From Candidatus Latescibacterota bacterium (GTDB taxonomy: Bacteria; Latescibacterota; UBA2968; UBA8231), in NCBI GenBank assembly GCA_965205655.1, contig CBDBIJ010000035.1, forward strand, positions 1 through 58,213: a DNA stretch of 58,213 nucleotides, written 5' to 3'. The position numbers were made by a program, and so were the translations under genes. Below, one piece after another: positions 1 through 9,466 of the stretch (within the stretch, counting starts at the first letter, position 1; each line of letters opens with the position of its first letter). Below the pieces are notes generated by a model. The model worked only from the letters and a program-made list of their open reading frames with translations, searched no databases and had not been told where the DNA came from.

Positions 1-507
1 CTGCTGGATGTCGATCTCTAAAACCCAGCCCCCCTGAGTGCCCATCAACTGTTTCCACAGGGCCTCCAGTGCCTTGTGCGCCGAACGCTTGGGCCGAAAC
101 CCATACGAGCACTCGAAGAAATCCTGCTCGTACACCGGCTCCAACAGCATCACCACCGCCCGTTGCAGGACTTTGTCCTCGAGGGTAGGTATGCCAATCG
201 GCCGGGTCTCCGACGGCGAGCTCGCCTTCGGGATATACGTTCGTCGCACCGGCGGCGCTTTGTAGCGACCGGACTTGGCGCGCTCTAACAGCGACTCGAG
301 GTTCCCCTCAAAGTCCTGCTCGTACTCAGCGGCCGTCTGTCCGTCCACGCCAACGGCCCGATCCTTCCGGGTTCGCCGGTAAGCCTCGCGCAGCCAGTCG
401 AGGTCCATCAGGTGGGCCAGCGAGGTAAATCCCATCTGCGGAGATTGTTTCGCCAGCTGTGCTATCCGTTGCTGTTTCGTTAACACCGTGTTCGAATTCC
501 GATGCAT
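1..507 (-). CDS. ltrA: Group II intron reverse transcriptase/maturase, N-terminal part (not in ORF track because it lacks a stop in the window)
   Basis: My translation: MHRNSNTVLTKQQRIAQLAKQSPQMGFTSLAHLMDLDWLREAYRRTRKDRAVGVDGQT...YKAPPVRRTYIPK...TRPIGIPTLEDKVLQRAVVMLLEPVYEQDFFECSYGFRPKRSAHKAL...WVLEIDIQQ, i.e. RT0-RT3 motifs. Start is ATG 507 or GTG 486. Confidence 0.93.
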   Translation of the reverse strand, partial: MHRNSNTVLTKQQRIAQLAKQSPQMGFTSLAHLMDLDWLREAYRRTRKDRAVGVDGQTAAEYEQDFEGNLESLLERAKSGRYKAPPVRRTYIPKASSPSETRPIGIPTLEDKVLQRAVVMLLEPVYEQDFFECSYGFRPKRSAHKALEALWKQLMGTQGGWVLEIDIQQ

Positions 508-1112
508 TCGCGATGTGTCCCTTCAACGGGTCCATGATCTGACGTCCCGCTTCCCTCCACCGGGTCCGGCGGATCCCGTTCCCCGGCTTCATCAGTACTA
601 TCAGGACGCTACGACTTCCTGCCACCCGTCCCGCCGCGCTTCGTTCTCCTTCGCTTGGCAGTACCACTCGGGACGCCTCGTCATTCGCTTCGATCGGCCC
701 GAGACGTGGAACCCGATCGACCAGGAGTTTTCGGGTGCGGCAACCCCCACAGCCGCGTCTTCCGGTGGAGATGACAGGATCTCCCAAGTTCCTGGGGAGC
801 CCCCATTGCCCGTTTGCCATGTTCTCTGACCCCGGCAGGCCGGTTGTCCCAGACCCCTACAGGACTTCCGTACAGCCCCCGCTTCGTTGAGGACGAAGGC
901 ACCCACATTGTGCGTTTCGAGGTTCAATCGCATGGCTTTCGGGCTCGCTGTCTACGCTTCGCCGGATGGGTCTCCCCACATAGCGCAAGACTCGCTTCCA
1001 GCTGCTGGTCAGGCTTTTCTGGGCAGGCTTGCTTACCCGCAGGGCTCCTCCGAAAGGTTTCAGAGTTCTATGTTACATCTCATCCCCCTTTCCCAAGCTT
1101 GGCTTGGCGCGA
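1..1112 (-). mobile_element. Group II intron, 5' portion (ribozyme domains I-IV plus start of RT ORF); runs off the left edge
   Basis: The minus strand begins (G)TCGCGCCAAGCCAAGCTTGGGAAAGGGGG, like group II 5' ends. About 600 nt of structured non-coding sequence precedes an RT ORF. An EBS1-like loop CAACGA (plus 884-889) is complementary to the flank at 1113-1118. Confidence 0.88.
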
Positions 1113-1339
1113 CAACGACAGGCAAGCCTCTTATGGCTACAGCCACGCTGACCCATCCTCTATCTCGCGACAGCGGAACCATCTCACAGTCACTACCCAG
1201 CCAGTAATCCTGTGGCGGCTTGTGGTGCCGGAATCTGGACGGTTGCCTCGGTTGCATCCGACGAGCAGATTCGTTGAATCCCGATACGCGCTGCCCGCCT
1301 CAGGCGGAGCAGGTCACCCCCGATGGAGTCTGTGAGCCG

Positions 1340-2035
1340 ATGGCGACGTATAATCCATACATCACCCCGAAGCTGTTCCGCTTCTTCCGCGATTTGAAGA
1401 AGAACAACGACCGCGACTGGTTCCAGGCGAACAAGCAGCGCTACGAGGACGACGTGCGCGGCCCACTACTGGCTTTCATCGACGACTTCACCGGGCCTCT
1501 TTACAAGATCAGCCCCCACTACCGCGCCGAGGCCAAGAAGGTTGGCGGCTCCCTGTTCCGCATCTTTCGCGACATACGCTTTTCCAAGGACAAGTCGCCG
1601 TACAAGACCCACGCCGGTGTGCACTTCCGCCACGAGAACGCGAAAAATGCACACGCGCCGGGCTTCTACCTGCATCTTGATCCAGGGGAAGTGTTCATGG
1701 GCGCCGGCATCTGGCACCCCGAGTTGGCGGTGGCGAGGCAGATCCGCACCGCGATTGTAGAGCACCCTGATCGGTGGAAGAAGGCAATGAAGAGCGCCGC
1801 CTTCGGCAGACACGGCTTTAGGCTCGAGGGTGAAGTCTACAAGCGACCGCCAGCCGGCTTCGACCGCGAACATCCGCTCATTGCTGACCTCATGCGCAAG
1901 GACTTCATCGCCGTGGCGGACCTCAGCGAGAAAGAGGTCTGCACGGTCGATTTTCCCACGGTCTTCGCCGCTACGTGCAAGTCGACAACTGCCTATATGA
2001 AGTTCCTTACCGAGGCGGTAGGGCAGCCGTTCTGA
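1340..2035 (+). CDS. DUF2461 / TIGR02453 family protein
   Basis: Motifs FFRDLKKNNDRDWFQANK, FRIFRDIRFSKDKSPYKT and PGFYLHL. ATG at 1340. Confidence 0.9.
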   Translation: MATYNPYITPKLFRFFRDLKKNNDRDWFQANKQRYEDDVRGPLLAFIDDFTGPLYKISPHYRAEAKKVGGSLFRIFRDIRFSKDKSPYKTHAGVHFRHENAKNAHAPGFYLHLDPGEVFMGAGIWHPELAVARQIRTAIVEHPDRWKKAMKSAAFGRHGFRLEGEVYKRPPAGFDREHPLIADLMRKDFIAVADLSEKEVCTVDFPTVFAATCKSTTAYMKFLTEAVGQPF

Positions 2036-2491
2036 CCAGCGCCATGTGTCGTCGTCTACATACTCCGACAGCACCTCCGGCCGCTCAGCTCTGGGCCAAC
2101 CCCTCATCCTCCAACGCCGATTTCTGAGCCACTTCAAGGATATGACCCTCAGGAACGGGAAGCTATCAAACGGTCCTGAGACAGGCATCGATGCAGTGGA
2201 TTGAGTAAGTTTTCGACAGACATTCACCACAGCGTGCCCGCTTCGAAGACCACCCTCGCAGGGAGGTGACGCATGAACTTCATATCCAGAAATATGGCGA
2301 TCATTTATGTTGCAGTGAGAGCCTTCAAGCGGATATTCCGGCAGCTGATGAGATTGAGATACAGCTGGAAATGCAAGCTCTTCAGGGTGAGCGAGGCCAG
2401 AGCGGCTAACGTGTCAGCTATCCATCTCCTCCGTCACTTGGTTAAGTCCGCGGTCGCAATGGCACCGTCCAGCTTGTGAAGAGAGTGAGTC

Positions 2492-2917
2492 ATGTGGCTC
2501 TCCTATCTATATCGTGAACTTATGAACATGCCCAGGGCGGCTCACAAGCCTGGGGGCGATCTGGTATACGCGTGCATGATCTTGCTATCCGCAGCTCCAG
2601 CCTTGGCTGTTGCTGTCTACGGTGTCCATATAATTGTGAGCGTCGTCGCGGGCGGCAGGGACTTTGGATTTGGATTCCTGGTCTTCACCATTCCTCTCGC
2701 AGCTTTTAGTCTCTTTGCGACAGCAATATGCCTGTGGCGATTTCTGAAATGCATCAACTCAGCACGGCGAAAGCTCTCCGTGACACGACAGATCACTTCT
2801 CAGAAAGTTACAGGCGATTTCCTTCGTGACTTGAACGATGACAGCTACCTGAGGGAGTTCTGCGCTTCGAACTATCCCCAGCATCTGACAGTCTCCCTCG
2901 GAGACAGCGGCAGATAA
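2492..2917 (+). CDS. Hypothetical membrane protein (two hydrophobic segments), lower GC, possibly a degraded gene
   Basis: 141-aa ORF with two TM-like stretches and no recognised family. Confidence 0.4.
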   Translation: MWLSYLYRELMNMPRAAHKPGGDLVYACMILLSAAPALAVAVYGVHIIVSVVAGGRDFGFGFLVFTIPLAAFSLFATAICLWRFLKCINSARRKLSVTRQITSQKVTGDFLRDLNDDSYLREFCASNYPQHLTVSLGDSGR

Positions 2918-3086
2918 CGGTTTGACAACGCGAAATGGTCGTTGCCATCGCTTAGATCCGGCCTGGATTCGTGTCGGAGGCCGTCGTGCTGTCGGATGCC
3001 CACACCGACGGGCGTTCTTCCTTGCAATCGTAGCAGAATTTGCCTCATCTTCAACCCGATAATGGACACCAACCAAAGGAGGCACC

Positions 3087-3203
3087 ATGGCTACGTATCG
3101 GCTGTTTGACGACCTGCTGAGCGCGAGTGTTGCCAGGATTGCGGATCTCCTACACCAGACCACTGAGGAAGACTGCGTGCTCGCCCTCACCGGTGCTCCA
3201 TAG
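3087..3203 (+). CDS. Small ORF, 38 aa (MATYRLFDDLLSASVARIADLLHQTTEEDCVLALTGAP)
   Basis: Strong SD AAAGGAGG 4 nt upstream of ATG 3087. Its TAG directly abuts the next ATG at 3204. Confidence 0.4.
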   Translation: MATYRLFDDLLSASVARIADLLHQTTEEDCVLALTGAP

Positions 3204-4011
3204 ATGGCCAGCAAGCCGCCCCGCCAGCATGGCGGAAATAGAGTGGAACAAGAGCAGCAGCCGCTGCCCGATCCCAGCCATGCTGATCGGGCTCGCACCC
3301 TCGTCCATCTGGGCCGTGTCGGCAGCCTGTCTACTATCTCCCGTAAGCATCCCGGCTGGCCCTTCGGCTCGGTGATGCCCTATGGGCTGGATGAGGAAGG
3401 CAGCCCCTGCTTTCTGATCAGCACAATGGCCATGCACACCCAGAACTTGACCGACGAGCCGCGGACCAGTCTGCTGGTCACCCAGACGGAGACCGAAGGT
3501 GACCCCCTGGGCGCTGGCCGAGTGACCCTGATGGGCCGAGCCACCAGGGTGCCCGAGGCGCAGCTGGACTCGATCCGGGAGCGTTATCTGGCGCGCTATG
3601 AAAACGCCAGTTACTGGGTCGACTTCGACGATTTCGCGTTCTATCGGATGGTGATCGAGGACCTCTATTTCGTCGGGGGTTTCGGCGCCATGGGCTGGGT
3701 TTCGGCGGCCGATTACTCTGCTGCCGAGGTCGATCCACTGGCCGACCAGGGGCCGTCCATTCTGGAGCACATGAACACCGATCACGCCGACGCCGGTCTG
3801 CTGCTGGCTCAGGGTCTTTGCCGGCGTCGAAGCGAGTGAAGCCAGGATGACTGCCATCGACCGACTCGGATTCCAGCTGCGGTTGGCCACCGGGGAGGGT
3901 ATGAAGAGTGTGCGCATCCCATTTGAGAATGAGGTGCGCAACAGCGAACAGACCCGCGCAGCATTGGTCGCCATGGTGCATGAGGCGCGCCGGCAGGAGC
4001 AAGCGGTTTAG
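3204..4011 (+). pseudogene. HugZ-like pyridoxamine 5'-phosphate oxidase-fold heme-binding protein with C-terminal DUF2470; +1 frameshift at ~3812
   Basis: Motifs GWPFGS, LISTMAMHTQNL, YFVGGFGAMGWV and ILEHMNTDHAD. Removing one G from CAGGGTC restores VFAGVEASEARMTAIDRLGFQLRL...RAALVAMVHEARRQEQAV* ending at 4011. Confidence 0.85.
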
Positions 4012-4237
4012 ATCTGGTAGGCGTCTCGCAACCAGGTCACCGCCTCCTGAACCGCCTCGAAGGAGCGATAGCGCGGCTGGTAATCCAGTAGGTGTGCTTA
4101 CACTCCTCCCCTGTGGCCGGCTTTCCAATCGTGACGTGCGGACAGGTAGTCCGACAACAGATGTACCAACTACAGATTGGAACTCGAAAGAGCGGCGGCG
4201 TTCTGAGGGTCCAGTAATTCACATTAGGAGGTGTCTG

Positions 4238-4348
4238 ATGCCAAAGTATCTGATCCATGGCTCGTATACAGCAGAAGGCGTTAACGGCCTGCTCAAGGAG
4301 GGCTGTTCCTCACGCCGAGCCGCCGCGCTTTCGCACCCCACTCGATGA
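4238..4348 (+). pseudogene. N-terminal remnant of a GYD-domain protein
   Basis: SD AGGAGG, then MPKYLIHGSYTAEGVNGLLKEGCSSRRAAA, typical of GYD-family starts. Ends after 36 aa. Confidence 0.6.
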
Positions 4349-5640
4349 CCCGATCCGATTTCCCGGTGCAAGGACGGGAACCTTCCCGTCGTCGACCGAT
4401 TGCGGCGGTCCTGGCGATCGGCTTCGCGGCGCTTTTTCTGTTCGCCGGATACGAGTTTATCCGCAGCGCTTCGTCATCCCTTTTCATCACGACCTTCGGT
4501 GCTGCTCGGCTCCCGCTCGTCATGGCCCTCGGACCGTTGGGGACATTCCTGCTCCTCTACGGCTACGCCCGGCTCTTGTCACGCCTGGGATCGAGCCTCA
4601 CCCTCCTGTTTACTTCGCTCCTCTCGAGTGCAGTACTGGCTGGCTGCTTCGTCGCCATCACTTCGGGCGCCTATTTGCTCGTGGGGTTTCTGTACGTCTT
4701 CCGCGAGGCGTACATCGTCCTCATGGTCGAGCAGTACTGGTCTTTCATCAACAGCACCCTCGACGAAGAGCAGGCTAGACGCTGGAACGGACCGGTCTGC
4801 GGAATCGGCTCGATTGGCGGTATTCTCGGGGGCCGGCTGGTCAGCTACTATGTCGGCAGCCTCGGCACTGAGACCTTCATCCTCCTCGCATCGGCGTCGG
4901 TCCTGCCTGCCGCAATCTGCTGCCTCATTGCCTACCGCCTCGCCGGTGAACCCCCGACCCGCGACACGGGTGAAGAGACGAGCGAACGCCGCGGCCGACA
5001 CTTGGCGTTGGGCCTGTTCAGAACCTATCCGAGGCTCGTGCTCCTCGGCTCGCTGATTGTCGTGACCCAGCTTCTGTCGACGGTCCTGGACCTTCGTTTC
5101 CACTGGCTACTGGAAGAAGCGATGTCGAGCCCGAGGCAGGCGGATGAACGAACGGCCTATATGGGCGAATTCTGGTCGAATGTGAACGGTGCCAGTTTCG
5201 TGCTGCAGTTTGCCCTTGTCCCGCTGCTTCTCAGAATCCTGCCCCTGCGAGTCATTCATGGGGGCATCCCCATCATCCACCTTGCGGCATCGGTGGCGCT
5301 GCTTCTGTTTCCTTCGCTGAGCGTTGGGGCGATGGCGTTTCTCATTTTCAAAGCGCTCGACTACTCGCTTTTCCGAGCCGCAAAAGAAATCCTCTACATT
5401 CCCCTCCCCTTCGACGCCCGTTATCGGGTCAAAGAATTCAATGACGCCTTCATGTACCGAGCCTCGAAGGGAGGCGCCTCCGGGCTCATTGCCCTCGCAA
5501 CGATCCTTGTCGGCCGTTTGCCAGGTGCCTCGATGGCGATCGCTGCTCTGTTCTCCGCATTGATTTGGCTTGCCCTCATCCTCAGGTTGCTTCCAGGTAA
5601 TCCGAATTCTGAATTTCGCGAATCCTCGAGCATGCCATAA
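4345..5640 (+). CDS. Npt1/Npt2 (ATP:ADP antiporter, TLC/AAA family)-like MFS nucleotide transporter
   Basis: About 12 TM segments. Motifs YEFIRSASSSLF, EQYWSFINSTL...QARRW and KALDYSLFRAAKEILYIPLPFDARYRVKEFND. Confidence 0.8.
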   Translation: MTRSDFPVQGREPSRRRPIAAVLAIGFAALFLFAGYEFIRSASSSLFITTFGAARLPLVMALGPLGTFLLLYGYARLLSRLGSSLTLLFTSLLSSAVLAGCFVAITSGAYLLVGFLYVFREAYIVLMVEQYWSFINSTLDEEQARRWNGPVCGIGSIGGILGGRLVSYYVGSLGTETFILLASASVLPAAICCLIAYRLAGEPPTRDTGEETSERRGRHLALGLFRTYPRLVLLGSLIVVTQLLSTVLDLRFHWLLEEAMSSPRQADERTAYMGEFWSNVNGASFVLQFALVPLLLRILPLRVIHGGIPIIHLAASVALLLFPSLSVGAMAFLIFKALDYSLFRAAKEILYIPLPFDARYRVKEFNDAFMYRASKGGASGLIALATILVGRLPGASMAIAALFSALIWLALILRLLPGNPNSEFRESSSMP

Positions 5641-5822
5641 TGGCACTGAGTGCCGCGCTATTCACACAGTTCGGGAATCGGACCCTGGAGTCGCTGTGAG
5701 CGAGCTCGGCGAGCTGGTTCAGGAAACATTCCGTTTAGTTGAAGAACACATGCTCGAAATCAACACCTTCCACGCCAGAGAAGTGTTCGGGCTTCCTAAT
5801 CAGAAATGCGAAAAACCTCCTC

Positions 5823-5846
5823 GCGGTGTACTATGCGGTGTACTAT
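5823..5846 (+). repeat. Perfect 12-bp tandem duplication GCGGTGTACTAT x2 ending inside a TATAAT box (5844-5849)
   Basis: Read directly from the sequence. Confidence 0.9.
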
Positions 5847-5949
5847 AATGTCCAGATAGAGGCGGAAATGTCTCACGGATTCGCAGTCCGATTGCGCTTT
5901 TTGCGAACTGGAGATTCGCATGTAGGACGATTGTGGTAGGAGAGCCAAA

Positions 5950-6579
5950 ATGACCGACTCAAAACCTCCAAGTACGATTCTCAGCAGTGTCTGGGATTCA
6001 GTCCTTCGCTCCTTCGTTGTATTGGCAGGAATGCAACTTAACCTGTTTACGCCACTCAAGGATGGCCCTCTGAGTGCGTCCGAAATCGCCGATGCAATTG
6101 GCGTCGACGTAATCAAGCTGCGCCCCCTCCTCTATGCACTTGTGGTCGTAGGTCTCCTCACTGTTGAAGACGAACTCTTTGCCAATACGGAAGAAGCCGA
6201 CCACCACCTGGTAAAGGACCGCCCGGACTATGCGGGTATACACGGCTTTCTCATGAATGATCTGTGCAGTGCGGCCCTCAGGACCGCCGACAGCATTCGG
6301 ACAGGAATACCTCAGGCGGAACGCGACTATGCGAGTTTATCGGCAGACTACTTGAACTCCTTTTTCGACACCAGACATCCGGGTTCAGTTGATGTGGGAC
6401 AGATGTTCGCCAAGGAGTATGACTTCTCATCATGTCGAAGCTTGATTGATGTCGGTGGTGGCTCAGGAGGTGTGGCTATTGCCATGGCTGAGGCTTATCC
6501 GCAACTCCGGGCGACCGTCGTCGAACTGCCTTCAGTTACCCCCTTTACGCGACGCTATGTAGATCGTTCCGCAGATAGA
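5950..6579 (+). pseudogene. SAM-dependent O-methyltransferase (dimerisation + Methyltransf_2), interrupted by IS256 at 6580
   Basis: Motifs AGMQLNLFTPLKDGPLSASEIA and LIDVGGGSGG. The frame resumes after the IS at 9394. Confidence 0.88.
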
Positions 6580-6863
6580 GGTCAAGGCCCAGTTTCAGTT
6601 GAAACAAATCACAGGCTCGGGTGAGTGTGTCAGCCCATCATCGCGAGCTGTTTGATGCCGAGTTCGGCTTGTATGGCTTGCCGGAGCATCGGCAGATGGC
6701 GATAGCCCTTGACCCTGCGCAGACGTGGTTCGATGTCGAGCAGTGCCGTGGCTACCCAACGGTGACGCTGTGATGAGTTGGTCCAGCGTCGCACGTTGTG
6801 TGTGAGCTGCTCCAGGAGACTGTTGACGTTCTCGATGCAGTTGGTGGTGCGGAAGGAATCCTT

Positions 6864-8240
6864 GAGCTTGGGTCAAATGGTGTGTAAACGACTCAGGCGG
6901 CGATCTTCTTCCTTTGCGCGATGGGTGATCCGTTTTCGTAGCACTCCCCGGCGTAGACGTCAGCCATGAGATGCGGTGCATTGAGTCGCCGGAATCGTTT
7001 CTCGGCCACCATCAGTACCCGCCAAATGAGGGCGGTGGCATTGGCCACCTTCCTGTATCGTTTGGCCGCATTGGTTCGCAACCGTACCGAAGCGAAGGGA
7101 CTTTCGACGACGTTGGTGGTGCGCAGGTGTTGCCAGTGGGCCTCGGGAAAGTCGTAGAATGTCACCATACGGTCCCAATCGCGCTCAAGGATATCGACGG
7201 CGTCTGGACACTCGCGGCGAAACCGTTTGGCGAATTGATCGCGACGTTTCGTCGCTTCCTGACGGGTCGGCGCGTACGGGATCTGTGTCAGCAGGTGCCG
7301 CCCTTCGACCTGCACGCGTTTTGGTAGCTTATCCAGCACGTTCAGGATGCGGTGATTCCAGCATCGCTGTTCAGCCGTCTCCGGCCAGACCTCTGCCAGG
7401 GCCGCCCAGATACCCAGGTGCCCATCCGCCACCAACAACTTCGCCACGCTCAGTCCGCGGTCACGCAGATCGCGCAGTACGCCCGCCCACGACTCCTGTC
7501 GATTCGCGATAGCCCGGGACAATCGTCAGGACTTCTTTGCGCCCATCGCTCATCGCGCCGATGACCACCAGGAGAGCGGCTTTTTGTTTCTCGAGACCGG
7601 CTTTGACGTAGATCCCGTCCGCCCAGGCGTAGACGAGCTCGCGGTCATCCAGTCGTCGGCTACGCCAGGCGTTGTATTCGACGATCCACTTCTCACGCAA
7701 ACGAGCGATCGAGGACGCCGACAAAGGCGCTCCCTTGCCCAGCAGGCCGCGCAGCGCCAGCTCGAAGTCGCCCTGAGACAAACCGTGCAGGTAAAGCTCT
7801 GGCAGCAGCTGACCTGTTTCTTGGGTGCGCCGGGCGAACAGCGGCAGTACCGCACTCTCAAATCGCTCTTCCAGACCCCGCACCCGAGGGCGTTTCACCT
7901 CGATCGTGCCCGAGGTCAAGGACAGTCGCCGCCGCTTCCCGTACCCATTGCGGTAGCCGCCGGCTGCGTCCAACGGTGCCTGTCGCTCGTACCGTGACCG
8001 TCCCAGCGCATGGGTGACTTCTTCATCCAGAACCGACTGCATCAGCGACTGAATCTGCGAGCGTGTCCACTCTTCCAGCGTCTCGAACGTGGGCATGGAC
8101 ATCTCCGTCGTGCTCGGCTTAGGGTGTGCCATGGCGATTCTCCTCTTCCTGCCGGGATAGCCCCGGCGTTTGTGATGGCTAATTACAAAGGAAGGGTAGG
8201 ATCGCCGTCTGTCTATTTCCACACCTTCTGATTATAGCTC
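6864..8240 (-). mobile_element. IS256-family element, lineage C (1377 bp), nested in lineage A copy 1
   Basis: IRs GAGCTTGGGTCAAATGGTGTGTAAA and GAGCTATAATCAGAAGGTGTGGAAA. 8-bp TSD GAATCCTT at 6856-6863 and 8241-8248. Confidence 0.93.
6893..8132 (-). pseudogene. IS256 (Mutator-like) transposase with +1 frameshift at ~7496
   Basis: Motifs YRNGY, YAWADGIY, VADGHLG, QRCWNH and LRTTNVVES. Removing one G joins YREST to ESWAGVLRDL. Confidence 0.9.
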
Positions 8241-9393
8241 GAATCCTTGAGCATCGGCGTCAGTCCCAACCGATGGAGTGTGAGGGTCTCTTCCATGCCT
8301 TCCTCGAGGCTGTGTAGGGCGGACTGATTCATCAACTTCAAGCCCGGTTTGAGCGCGTCCAGTGCCGCCTTGGCCGCCTCGTATCTCGGTTTGCCGTAGG
8401 CCGCCTCCATCTTGCGACCCATACCGGACTGCTCGCTCTTGGACAGATACGACACGACGTTCTGGCGCTTGTGATACTGGCAGCGCTGCACGCAGGCATG
8501 TCCTTTGAGCACCGACATCACCGCCTTGTAAAGCCCCTTGGCGCCGTCGATGACGACCAACAGTCCGGCTTCGTACTGCATACCGCGTTCGACCAGATCG
8601 GACAGGAAGCGACGGCAGACGCGCTCGTTTTCCGTGGCCGCCTGCACGAAGCCAAGAGGAATCTTCTGTCCGTCGAGGGTGACGCCCAGGGCGATGATGA
8701 TCTCCTCGTCCGCGAAGCTCTTGCCGTCGAGGAATAGCGCCACCAGATCATATCCTTCCAGGGATCGCTCCTGGAATTCAGCCAGCTTTCGAGCCGTGCC
8801 TTTCACGTAACGACAGGACACCGATGAGGATGACAGACCAAAGGCCTCGGGTACGGCCTCAGCGCAGGCCTCGTAGTTGCGCGTGGCGATGCCCTTCAGC
8901 ATCCGCAACAGCAGACCTTCGTCCATCTGTCGAGGCGTCTGCAGTGCCTGGTAAACATCCAGCGGGACCTCGGTATGGTTGGCCACGTTGCGCACCCGCG
9001 GCACATCGACGGGTAGTTTCTGGTCGGCCAGGTACACCGACCCGAGCTGAGACCCCCAGCGGCGTAACGGCTGATCCGACCCCTTGCGCTGATACCGCGG
9101 CCCAGCCAACTCAACGACCGCTCTTTGCAGCTCCTCCGCGACCGCCTGCAGCCCCAAGGGAATCAGCCATTGGATCGCCTCGATCCGGCCATCCAGGTCC
9201 TCTACTTGCTCTGCAGTCTCGGGTGCTACCTTGCCGATGCTCACCGTTCGTTTGACGCCCTTCTTCCGTGCTACCAGCTTGCTCATTGCAGGCTCCCCAT
9301 CGTTACCGATGCGAGACTTCTTCCAACGGGCTTCTCGTATCAAAACGTAACGATTGGAGCCTGTGCTGTTTCAACTAAGATCGGGACAAAGCG

Positions 9394-9466
9394 CAGATAG
9401 AGATCGGATTGAGATAGAATCACTCGACGTTGTTAGAGAGCGACTAACAGGTTCATTCGATTCGGC
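9394..9466 (+). pseudogene. Continuation of the O-methyltransferase (DRDRIEIESLDVVRERLTGSFDSA), cut again by the next IS256; C-terminus missing
   Basis: In frame with 5950-6579 across the TSD. Confidence 0.8.

Larger units (their letters stand above)
6580..9393 (-). mobile_element. IS256-family element, lineage A copy 1 (transposase ATG 9286 to stop 6630), interrupted by a nested IS
   Basis: Ends GGTCAAGGCCCAGTTTCAGTTGAAACA and CGCTTTGTCCCGATCTTAGTTGAAACA. Target duplication CAGATAGA (8-9 bp) at 6572-6579 and 9394-9401. Transposase motifs LFLDGK, VIDGAKGL, QRCQYHK and RTTNCIE. Confidence 0.93.

Noticed and set aside
1..1112. Retron, DGR or defence-associated RT
   Set aside because: The RT0 motif (AVGVDG), PIGIPT and YGFRP plus the long structured leader fit a group II intron.
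2477..2488. TGA recoding (Sec/Trp/Gly) joining two in-frame ORFs
   Set aside because: TGA is a normal stop in many genes here (e.g. folE, queE, miaB), and no selenoprotein context is evident.
7461..7522. Programmed frameshift in the nested transposase
   Set aside because: IS256 transposases are single ORFs and there is no slippery heptamer. A single extra G explains it.
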